The notes under the pieces are model-generated. The model did not search any database. It saw nothing but the letters and a program-made list of their open reading frames with translations, and was not told the DNA's origin. Made by a program: the position numbers and the translations under genes. This document shows positions 53,301 to 64,000 of a stretch of DNA of 64,000 nucleotides, in pieces (the first letter of the stretch is position 1; each line of letters begins with the position of its first letter). This stretch comes from the human T2T-CHM13v2.0 reference genome, Homo sapiens: assembly GCF_009914755.1 (NCBI RefSeq), contig NC_060940.1. The stretch is one strand, 5' to 3'.

Positions 53301-56300
53301 TTCAACTCACAGAGTTTAACCATTCTTTTCACAGAGCAGTTAGGAAACACTCTGTTTGTGAAGCCTGCCAGTGGATATTCGGACCTCTTTGAGGCCTTCG
53401 TTGGAAACGGGATTTCTTCCTATTATGCTAGACAGAAGATTTCTCAGTAACTTCTTTGGGTTGTGTGTATGCAACTCACAGAGTTCAACCTTCCTTTAGA
53501 CAGAGCAGATTTGAAACACTCTTTTTGTGGAATTTGCAAGTGGAGATTTCAAACGCTTCGATGCCAATGGTAGAAAAGGAAATATCTTCGTATAAAAACA
53601 AGACAAACTCATTCCCAGACACTGCGTAGTGATGTGTGTGTTTAACTCACAGAGTTTAACCTTTCTTTTCATACAGCATTCTGGAAACCCTCTGTTTGTA
53701 AAGTCTGCAAGTGGATATTTGGACCTCTTAGATGCCTTCGTTGGAAACGGGATTTCTTCATATAATGCTAGAGGGAAGAATTCTTAGTAACTTCTTTGTG
53801 TTGTGTGTATTCAACTGACAGAGTTGAACCTTCCTTTAGACAGAGCAGATTTGAAAGTCTCTTTTTGTGGAATTTGCAAGTGGAGATTTCAAGCGCTTTG
53901 AGGCCAAAAGCAGAAAAGGAAATATTTTCCTATAAAAACTCGACAGAATCTTTCTCAGAAACTGCTGTGGGATGTGTGCGTTCAACTCACAGAGTTTAAC
54001 TTTTCTTTTCATTCAGCAGTTTGGAAACACTCTGTTTGGAAAGTCTGCACGTGGATATTTTGACCTCTTTGAGGCCTTCGTTGGAAACGGGTTTTTTTCA
54101 TGTAAGGCTAGACAGAAGAAATCTCAGTAACTTCCTTGTGTTGTGTGTATTCAACTGACAGAGTTGAACCTTCCTTTAGACAGAGCAGATTCGAAACACT
54201 CTTTTTCTGCAATTTGCAAGTGGAGACTTCAAGCGATTTGAGGCCAAAGGCAGAAAAGGAAATATCTTCGTATAAAAACCCGACAGAATCATTCTCAGAA
54301 ACTGCTCTGTGATGTGTGCGTTCAACTCACAGAGTTTAACTTTTCTTTTCATTCAGCAGTTTGGAAACACTCTGTTTGTAAAGTCTGCAAGTGGATATCT
54401 TGGCCTCTTAGAGGCCTTCGTTGGAAACGGGTTTTTTCATGTAAGGATAGACAGAGGAATTCCCAGTAACTTCCTTGTGTTGTGTGCATTCAACTCACAG
54501 AGTTGAATGATTCTTTACACAGAGCAGATTTGAGACACTCTTTTGGTGGAATTTGTAAGTGGAGAATTCAGCCGCTTTGAGGTCAACGGTAGAAAAGGAA
54601 ATATCTTCGTATAAAAACTAGACAGAATGATTATCAGAAACTGTTTTGTGATGTGTGCGTTCAACTCACAGAGTTTAACCTTTCTTTTCAAAGAGCAGTT
54701 AGGAAACACTCTGTTTGTAAAGTCTGCAAGTGGATATTCAGACCTCTTTGAGGCCTTCGTTGGAAACGGGATTTCTTCATATTATGCTAGACAGATGAAT
54801 TCTCAGTAACTTCCTTGTGTTGTGTGTATTCAACTCACAGAGTTGAACGATCCTTTACACAGAGCAGATTTGAAACACTGTTTTTCTGGAATTTGCAAGT
54901 GGAGATTTCAGCCGCTTTGAGGTCAATGGTAGAAAAGGAAATATCTTCGTATAAAAACTAGACAGAATGATTCTCAGAAACTCCTTTGTGATGTGTGCGA
55001 TCAACTCACAGAGTTTAACCTTTCTTTTCACTGAGCAGTTAGGAAACACTCTGTTTGTGAAGCCTGCCAGTGGATAATCGGACCTCTTTGAGGCCTTCGT
55101 TGGAAACGGGATTTCTTCATATTATGCTAGACAGAAGATTTCTCAGTAACTTCTTTGTGTTGTGTGTATGCAACTCACAGAGTTCAACCTTCCTTTAGAG
55201 AGAGCATATTTGAAACACTCTTTTTGTGGAATTTGCAAGTGGAGATTTCAAGCGCTTCGATGCCAATGGTAGAAAAGGAAATATCTTCGTATAAAAACAA
55301 GACAAACTCGTTCCCAGACACTGCGTAGTGATGTGTGTGTTTAACTCACAGAGTTTAACCTTTCTTTTCATACAGCATTCTGGAAACCCTGTGTTTGTAA
55401 AGTCTGCAAGTGGATATTTGGACCTCTTAGATGCCTTCGTTGGAAACGGGATTTCTTCATATAATGCTAGAGGGAAGAATTCTTAGTAACTTCTTTGTGT
55501 TGTGTGTATTCAACTGACAGAGTTGAACCTTCCTTTAGACAGAGCAGATTTGAAAGTCTCTTTCTGTGGAATTTGCAAGTGGAGATTTCAAGCGCTTTGA
55601 GGCCAAAAGCAGAAAAGGAAATATTTTCCTATAAAAACTCGACAGAATCTTTCTCAGAAACTGCTCTGGGATGTGTGCGTTCAACTCACAGAGTTTAACT
55701 TTTCTTTTCATTCAGCAGTTTGGAAACACTCTGTTTGGAAAGTCTGCACGTGGATATTTTGACCTCTTTGAGGCCTTCGTTGGAAACGGGTTTTTTTCAT
55801 GTAAGGCTAGACAGAAGAAATCTCAGTAACTTCCTTGTGTTGTGTGTATTCAACTGACAGAGTTGAACCTTCCTTTAGACAGAGCAGATTCGAAACACTC
55901 TTTTTCTGCAATTTGCAAGTGGAAACTTCAAGCGCTTTGAGGCCAAAGGCAGAAAAGGAAATATCTTCGTATAAAAACCCGACAGAATCACTCTCAGAAA
56001 CTGCTCTGTGATGTGTGCGTTCAACTCACAGAGTTTAACTTTTCTTTTCATTCAGCAGTTTGGAAACACTCTGTTTGTAAAGTCTGCAAGTGGATATCTT
56101 GGCCTCTTAGAGGCCTTCGTTGGAAACGGGTTTTTTCATGTAAGGTTAGACAGAGGAATTCCCAGTAACTTCCTTGTGTTGTGTGCATTCAACTCACAGA
56201 GTTGAATGATTCTTTACACAGAGCAGATTTGAGACACTCTTTTGGTGGAATTTGTAAGTGGAGAATTCAGCCGCTTTGAGGTCAACGGTAGAAAAGGAAA

Positions 56301-59300
56301 TATCTTCGTATAAAAACTAGACAGAATGATTCTCAGAAACTGTTTTGTGATGTGTGCGTTCAACTCACAGAGTTTAACCTTTCTTTTCAAAGAGCAGTTA
56401 GGAAACACTCTGTTTGTAAAGTCTGCAAGTGGATATTCAGACCTCTTTGAGGCCTTCGTTGGAAACGGGATTTCTTCATATTATGCTAGACAGATGAATT
56501 CTCAGTAACTTCCTTGTGTTGTGTGTATTCAACTCACAGAGTTGAACGATCCTTTACACAGAGCAGATTTGAAACACTGTTTTTCTGGAATTTGCAAGTG
56601 GAGATTTCAGCCGCTTTGAGGTCAATGGTAGAAAAGGAAATATCTTCGTATAAAAACTAGACAGAATGATTCTCAGAAACTCCTTTGTGATGTGTGCGTT
56701 CAACTCACAGAGTTTAACCTTTCTCTTCACAGAGCAGTTAGGAAACACTCTGTTTGTGAAGCCTGCCAGTGGATAATCGGACCTCTTTGAGGCCTTCGTT
56801 GGAAACGGGATTTCTTCATATTATGCTAGACAGAAGATTTCTCAGTAACTTCTTTGGGTTGTGTGTATGCAACTCACAGAGTTCAACCTTCCTTTAGACA
56901 GAGCAGATTTGAAACACTCTTTTTGTGGAATTTGCAAGTGGAGATTTCAAGCGCTTCGATGCCAATGGTAGAAAAGGAAATATCTTCGTATAAAAACAAG
57001 ACAAACTCGTTCCCAGACACTGCGTAGTGATGTGTGTGTTTAACTCACAGAGTTTAACCTTTCTTTTCATACAGCATTCTGGAAACCCTGTGTTTGTAAA
57101 GTCTGCAAGTGGATATTTGGACCTCTTAGATGCCTTCGTTGGAAACGGGATTTCTTCATATAATGCTAGAGGGAAGAATTCTTAGTAACTTCTTTGTGTT
57201 GTGTGTATTCAACTGACAGAGTTGAACCTTCCTTTAGACAGAGCAGATTTGAAAGTCTCTTTCTGTGGAATTTGCAAGTGGAGATTTCAAGCGCTTTGAG
57301 GCCAAAAGCAGAAAAGGAAATATTTTCCTATAAAAACTCGACAGAATCTTTCTCAGAAACTGCTCTGGGATGTGTGCGTTCAACTCACAGAGTTTAACTT
57401 TTCTTTTCATTCAGCAGTTTGGAAACACTCTGTTTGGAAAGTCTGCACGTGGATATTTTGACCTCTTTGAGGCCTTCGTTGGAAACGGGTTTTTTTCATG
57501 TAAGGCTAGACAGAAGAAATCTCAGTAACTTCCTTGTGTTGTGTGTATTCAACTGACAGAGTTGAACCTTCCTTTAGACAGAGCAGATTCGAAACACTCT
57601 TTTTCTGCAATTTGCAAGTGGAGACTTCAAGCGCTTTGAGGCCAAAGGCAGAAAAGGAAATATCTTCGTATAAAAACCCGACAGAATCATTCTCAGAAAC
57701 TGCTCTGTGATGTCTGCGTTCAACTCACAGAGTTTAACTTTTCTTTTCATTCAGCAGTTTGGAAACACTCTGTTTGTAAAGTCTGCAAGTGGATATCTTG
57801 GCCTCTTAGAGGCCTTTGTTGGAAACGGGTTTTTTCATGTAAGGATAGACAGAGGAATTCCCAGTAACTTCCTTGTGTTGTGTGCATTCAACTCACAGAG
57901 TTGAATGATTCTTTACACAGAGCAGATTTGAGACACTCTTTTGGTGGAATTTGTAAGTGGAGAATTCAGCCGCTTTGAGGTCAACGGTAGAAAAGGAAAT
58001 ATCTTCGTATAAAAACTAGACAGAATGATTCTCAGAAACTGTTTTGTGATGTGTGCGTTCAACTCACAGAGTTTAACCTTTCTTTTCAAAGAGCAGTTAG
58101 GAAACACTCTGTTTGTAAAGTCTGCAAGTGGATATTCAGACCTCTTTGAGGCCTTCGTTGGAAACGGGATTTCTTCATATTATGCTAGACAGATGAATTC
58201 TCAGTAACTTCCTTGTGTTGTGTGTATTCAACTCACAGAGTTGAACGATCCTTTACACAGAGCAGATTTGAAACACTGTTTTTCTGGAATTTGCAAGTGG
58301 AGATTTCAGCCGCTTTGAGGTCAATGGTAGAAAAGGAAATATCTTCGTATAAAAACTAGACAGAATGATTCTCAGAAACTCCTTTGTGATGTGTGCGTTC
58401 AACTCACAGAGTTTAACCTTTCTTTTCACAGAGCAGTTAGGAAACACTCTGTTTGTGAAGCCTGCCAGTGGATAATCGGACCTCTTTGAGGCCTTCGTTG
58501 GAAACGGGATTTCTTCATATTATGCTAGACAGAAGATTTCTCAGTAACTTCTTTGGGTTGTGTGTATGCAACTCACAGAGTTCAACCTTCCTTTAGACAG
58601 AGCAGATTTGAAACACTCTTTTTGTGGAATTTGCAAGTGGAGATTTCAAGCGCTTCGATGCCAATGGTAGAAAAGGAAATATCTTCGTATAAAAACAAGA
58701 CAAACTCGTTCCCAGACACTGCGTAGTGATGTGTGTGTTTAACTCACAGAGATTAACCTTTCTTTTCATACAGCATTCTGGAAACCCTGTGTTTGTAAAG
58801 TCTGCAAGTGGATATTTGGACCTCTTAGATGCCTTCGTTGGAAACGGGATTTCTTCATATAATGCTAGAGGGAAGAATTCCTAGTAACTTCTTTGTGTTG
58901 TGTGTATTCAACTGACAGAGTTGAACCTTCCTTTAGACAGAGCAGATTTGAAAGTCTCTTTCTGTGGAATTTGCAAGTGGAGATTTCAAGCGCTTTGAGG
59001 CCAAAAGCAGAAAAGGAAATATTTTCCTATAAAAACTCGACAGAATCTTTCTCAGAAACTGCTCTGGGATGTGTGCGTTCAACTCACAGAGTTTAACTTT
59101 TCTTTTCATTCAGCAGTTTGGAAACACTCTGTTTGGAAAGTCTGCACGTGGATATTTTGACCTCTTTGAGGCCTTCGTTGGAAACGGGTTTTTTTCATGT
59201 AAGGCTAGACAGAAGAAATCTCAGTAACTTCCTTGTGTTGTGTGTATTCAACTGACAGAGTTGAACCTTCCTTTAGACAGAGCAGATTCGAAACACTCTT

Positions 59301-62300
59301 TTTCTGCAATTTGCAAGTGGAAACTTCAAGCGCTTTGAGGCCAAAGGCAGAAAAGGAAATATCTTCGTATAAAAACCCGACAGAATCACTCTCAGAAACT
59401 GCTCTGTGATGTGTGCGTTCAACTCACAGAGTTTAACTTTTCTTTTCATTCAGCAGTTTGGAAACACTCTGTTTGTAAAGTCTGCAAGTGGATATCTTGG
59501 CCTCTTAGAGGCCTTCGTTGGAAACGGGTTTTTTCATGTAAGGTTAGACAGAGGAATTCCCAGTAACTTCCTTGTGTTGTGTGCATTCAACTCACAGAGT
59601 TGAATGATTCTTTACACAGAGCAGATTTGAGACACTCTTTTGGTGGAATTTGTAAGTGGAGAATTCAGCCGCTTTGAGGTCAACGGTAGAAAAGGAAATA
59701 TCTTCGTATAAAAACTAGACAGAATGATTCTCAGAAACTGTTTTGTGATGTGTGCGTTCAACTCACAGAGTTTAACCTTTCTTTTCAAAGAGCAGTTAGG
59801 AAACACTCTGTTTGTAAAGTCTGCAAGTGGATATTCAGACCTCTTTGAGGCCTTCGTTGGAAACGGGATTTCTTCATATTATGCTAGACAGATGAATTCT
59901 CAGTAACTTCCTTGTGTTGTGTGTATTCAACTCACAGAGTTGAACGATCCTTTACACAGAGCAGATTTGAAACACTGTTTTTCTGGAATTTGCAAGTGGA
60001 GATTTCAGCCGCTTTGAGGTCAATGGTAGAAAAGGAAATATCTTCGTATAAAAACTAGACAGAATGATTCTCAGAAACTCCTTTGTGATGTGTGCGTTCA
60101 ACTCACAGAGTTTAACCTTTCTTTTCACAGAGCAGTTAGGAAACACTCTGTTTGTGAAGCCTGCCAGTGGATATTCGGACCTCTTTGAGGCCTTCGTTGG
60201 AAACGGGATTTCTTCATATTATGCTATTCAGAAGATTTCTCAGTAACTTCTTTGTGTTGTGTGTATGCAACTCACAGAGTTCAACCTTCCTTTAGACAGA
60301 GCAGATTTGAAACACTCTTTTTGTGGAATTTGCAAGTGGAGATTTCAAGCGCTTCGATGCCAATGGTAGAAAAGGAAATATCTTCGTATAAAAACAAGAC
60401 AAACTCGTTCCCAGACACTGCGTAGTGATGTGTGTGTTTAACTCACAGAGTTTAACCTTTCTTTTCATACAGCATTCTGGAAACCCTGTGTTTGTAAAGT
60501 CTGCAAGTGGATATTTGGACCTCTTAGATGCCTTCGTTGGAAACGGGATTTCTTCATATAATGCTAGAGGGAAGAATTCTTAGTAACTTCTTTGTGTTGT
60601 GTGTATTCAACTGACAGAGTTGAACCTTCCTTTAGACAGAGCAGATTTGAAAGTCTCTTTTTGTGGAATTTGCAAGTGGAGATTTCAAGCGCTTTGAGGC
60701 CAAAAGCAGAAAAGGAAATATTTTCCTATAAAAACTCGACAGAATCTTTCTCAGAAACTGCTCTGGGATGTGTGCGTTCAACTCACAGAGTTTAACTTTT
60801 CTTTTCATTCAGCAGTTTGGAAACACTCTGTTTGGAAAGTCTGCACGTGGATATTTTGACCTCTTTGAGGCCTTCGTTGGAAACGGGTTTTTTTCATGTA
60901 AGGCTAGACAGAAGAAATCTCAGTAACTTCCTTGTGTTGTGTGTATTCAACTGACAGAGTTGAACCTTCCTTTAGACAGAGCAGATTCGAAACACTCTTT
61001 TTCTGCAATTTGCAAGTGGAGACTTCAAGCGCTTTGAGGCCAAAGGCAGAAAAGGAAATATCTTCGTATAAAAACCCGACAGAATCATTCTCAGAAACTG
61101 CTCTGTGATGTGTGCGTTCAACTCACAGAGTTTAACTTTTCTTTTCATTCAGCAGTTTGGAAACACTCTGTTTGTAAAGTCTGCAAGTGGATATCTTGGC
61201 CTCTTAGAGGCCTTCGTTGGAAACGGGTTTTTTCATGTAAGGATAGACAGAGGAATTCCCAGTAACTTCCTTGTGTTGTGTGCATTCAACTCACAGAGTT
61301 GAATGATTCTTTACACAGAGCAGATTTGAGACACTCTTTTGGTGGAATTTGTAAGTGGAGAATTCAGCCGCTTTGAGGTCAACGGTAGAAAAGGAAATAT
61401 CTTCGTATAAAAACTAGACAGAATGATTCTCAGAAACTGTTTTGTGATGTGTGCGTTCAACTCACAGAGTTTAACCTTTCTTTTCAAAGAGCAGTTAGGA
61501 AACACTCTGTTTGTAAAGTCTGCAAGTGGATATTCAGACCTCTTTGAGGCCTTCGTTGGAAACGGGATTTCTTCATATTATGCTAGACAGATGAATTCTC
61601 AGTAACTTCCTTGTGTTGTGTGTATTCAACTCACAGAGTTGAACGATCCTTTACACAGAGCAGATTTGAAACACTGTTTTTCTGGAATTTGCAAGTGGAG
61701 ATTTCAGCCGCTTTGAGGTCAATGGTAGAAAAGGAAATATCTTCGTATAAAAACTAGACAGAATGATTCTCAGAAACTCCTTTGTGATGTGTGCGTTCAA
61801 CTCACAGAGTTTAACCTTTCTTTTCACAGAGCAGTTAGGAAACACTCTGTTTGTGAAGCCTGCCAGTGGATAATCGGACCTCTTTGAGGCCTTCGTTGGA
61901 AACGGGATTTCTTCATATTATGCTAGACAGAAGATTTCTCAGTAACTTCTTTGTGTTGTGTGTATGCAACTCAGAGAGTTCAACCTTCCTTTAGAGAGAG
62001 CATATTTGAAACACTCTTTTTGTGGAATTTGCAAGTGGAGATTTCAAGCGCTTCGATGCCAATGGTAGAAAAGGAAATATCTTCGTATAAAAACAAGACA
62101 AACTCGTTCCCAGACACTGCGTAGTGATGTGTGTGTTTAACTCACAGAGTTTAACCTTTCTTTTCATACAGCATTCTGGAAACCCTGTGTTTGTAAAGTC
62201 TGCAAGTGGATATTTGGACCTCTTAGATGCCTTCGTTGGAAACGGGATTTCTTCATATAATGCTAGAGGGAAGAATTCTTAGTAACTTCTTTGTGTTGTG

Positions 62301-64000
62301 TGTATTCAACTGACAGAGTTGAACCTTCCTTTAGACAGAGCAGATTTGAAAGTCTCTTTCTGTGGAATTTGCAAGTGGAGATTTCAAGCGCTTTGAGGCC
62401 AAAAGCAGAAAAGGAAATATTTTCCTATAAAAACTCGACAGAATCTTTCTCAGAAACTGCTCTGGGATGTGTGCGTGCAACTCACAGAGTTTAACTTTTC
62501 TTTTCATTCAGCAGTTTGGAAACACTCTGTTTGGAAAGTCTGCACGTGGATATTTTGACCTCTTTGAGGCCTTCGTTGGAAACGGGTTTTTTTCATGTAA
62601 GGCTAGACAGAAGAAATCTCAGTAACTTCCTTGTGTTGTGTGTATTCAACTGACAGAGTTGAACCTTCCTTTAGACAGAGCAGATTCGAAACACTCTTTT
62701 TCTGCAATTTGCAAGTGGAGACTTCAAGCGCTTTGAGGCCAAAGGCAGAAAAGGAAATATCTTCGTATAAAAACCCGACAGAATCATTCTCAGAAACTGC
62801 TCTGTGATGTGTGCGTTCAACTCACAGAGTTTAACTTTTCTTTTCATTCAGCAGTTTGGAAACACTCTGTTTGTAAAGTCTGCAAGTGGATATCTTGGCC
62901 TCTTAGAGGCCTTCGTTGGAAACGGGTTTTTTCATGTAAGGATAGACAGAGGAATTCCCAGTAACTTCCTTGTGTTGTGTGCATTCAACTCACAGAGTTG
63001 AATGATTCTTTACACAGAGCAGATTTGAGACACTCTTTTGGTGGAATTTGTAAGTGGAGAATTCAGCCGCTTTGAGGTCAACGGTAGAAAAGGAAATATC
63101 TTCGTATAAAAACTAGACAGAATGATTCTCAGAAACTGTTTTGTGATGTGTGCGTTCAACTCACAGAGTTTAACCTTTCTTTTCAGAGAGCAGTTAGGAA
63201 ACACTCTGTTTGTAAAGTCTGCAAGTGGATATTCAGACCTCTTTGAGGCCTTCGTTGGAAACGGGATTTCTTCATATTATGCTAGACAGATGAATTCTCA
63301 GTAACTTCCTTGTGTTGTGTGTATTCAACTCACAGAGTTGAACGATCCTTTACACAGAGCAGATTTGAAACACTGTTTTTCTGGAATTTGCAAGTGGAGA
63401 TTTCAGCCGATTTGAGGTCAATGGTAGAAAAGGAAATATCTTCGTATAAAAACTAGACAGAATGATTCTCAGAAACTCCTTTGTGATGTGTGCGTTCAAC
63501 TCACAGAGTTTAACCTTTCTTTTCACAGAGCAGTTAGGAAACACTCTGTTTGTGAAGCCTGCCAGTGGATATTCGGACCTCTTTGAGGCCTTCGTTGGAA
63601 ACGGGATTTCTTCATATTATGCTAGACAGAAGATTTCTCAGTAACTTCTTTGTGTTGTGTGTATGCAACTCACAGAGTTCAACCTTCCTTTAGACAGAGC
63701 AGATTTGAAACACTCTTTTTGTGGAATTTGCAAGTGGAGATTTCAAGCGCTTCGATGCCAATGGTAGAAAAGGAAATATCTTCGTATAAAAACAAGACAA
63801 ACTCGTTCCCAGACACTGCGTAGTGATGTGTGTGTTTAACTCACAGAGTTTAACCTTTCTTTTCATACAGCATTCTGGAAACCCTGTGTTTGTAAAGTCT
63901 GCAAGTGGATATTTGGACCTCTTAGATGCCTTCGTTGGAAATGGGATTTCTTCATATAATGCTAGAGGGAAGAATTCTTAGTAACTTCTTTGTGTTGTGT
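21459..64000 (+). repeat. Run of ~25 canonical-length 10-mer HORs (1,699 bp; one is 1,695 bp)
   Basis: Marker ORF spacing is 1,699 bp from 22032 to 62804, except 30527 to 32222 (1,695 bp, 4 bp deletion at ~31270). Confidence 0.95.
39868..57262 (+). repeat. Tandem duplication of a five-HOR block, period 8,495 bp
   Basis: Rare variants pair at exactly 8,495 bp: ORFs 40717/49212 (CAFSS), 42622/51117 (QIYSV), 42962/51457 (LPVTS), 44661/53156 (KRMVK), 45301/53796 (ETAVG) and 46360/54855 (ELIAH). Identity breaks at 39867/48362 and 48768/57263. Confidence 0.92.

Larger units (their letters stand above)
1..64000 (+). repeat. Centromeric alpha-satellite higher-order repeat array, SF1-type dimeric, 10-monomer 1,699 bp HOR (probably human chr16 D16Z2)
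   Basis: Alphoid motifs throughout (ttcaactcacagag, tgcaagtgga, gaaaaggaaatatctt) and a CENP-B box every ~340 bp. Marker ORFs recur every 1,699 bp (e.g. 23731, 25430, 27129 ... 62804). Alpha-satellite identity is near certain. The chr16 assignment rests on recalled HOR size and family and is less certain (~0.8). Confidence 0.98.

Noticed and set aside
485-63644. Over 150 short ORFs of 60-67 aa on both strands
   Set aside because: They recur with the satellite period, overlap on opposite strands, often start at TTG/GTG, appear or vanish with single SNVs, and resemble no protein family I recognise. I used them only as positional markers.
85-63946. CRISPR-like regularly spaced conserved motif (CENP-B box every ~340 bp)
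   Set aside because: The intervening sequences are themselves repeats rather than unique spacers, the spacing is far too long, and there are no cas genes.
1-64000. Possible L1/Alu insertion, inversion or unique-sequence island
   Set aside because: Marker spacings are fully explained by whole-dimer losses and 1-4 bp indels. All boxes are on the + strand, and I saw no poly(A) tail or non-alphoid sequence.
1-64000. A previously undescribed biological system
   Set aside because: Everything visible fits known alpha-satellite organisation and turnover. Individual variants may be haplotype-specific, but novelty cannot be claimed without comparison to existing centromere assemblies.

Overview
The whole 64 kb window is primate (almost certainly human) centromeric alpha-satellite DNA: about 375 head-to-tail ~170 bp monomers, all in one orientation. 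They alternate between CENP-B-box and box-less types (~340 bp dimer, suprachromosomal family 1-like) and are organised as a highly homogeneous 1,699 bp 10-monomer higher-order repeat (HOR). A dimeric SF1 10-mer of 1.7 kb best matches the active chromosome 16 array D16Z2; this is from recall, not a search. I see no genes, RNA genes, mobile elements, CRISPR arrays or inversions, and all listed ORFs are repeat artefacts. I found no evidence of a new gene system. The informative signal is the array's evolutionary record. Positions 1-23 kb form a structurally variant domain: 6-mer and 8-mer deletion HORs amplified as 4,410 bp and 3,054 bp super-repeats, with an inter-dimer conversion tract and propagated CENP-B-box mutations. 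Positions 23-64 kb are canonical 10-mers containing an 8,495 bp five-HOR tandem duplication and dispersed shared haplotypes. My working labels for the five boxes are A (after gaagcctgcc), B (after ttagatgc), C (after ctgcacgtgg), D (after tcttggcc) and E (before cagatgaattc). All comparisons were made by eye and from ORF-track spacings.
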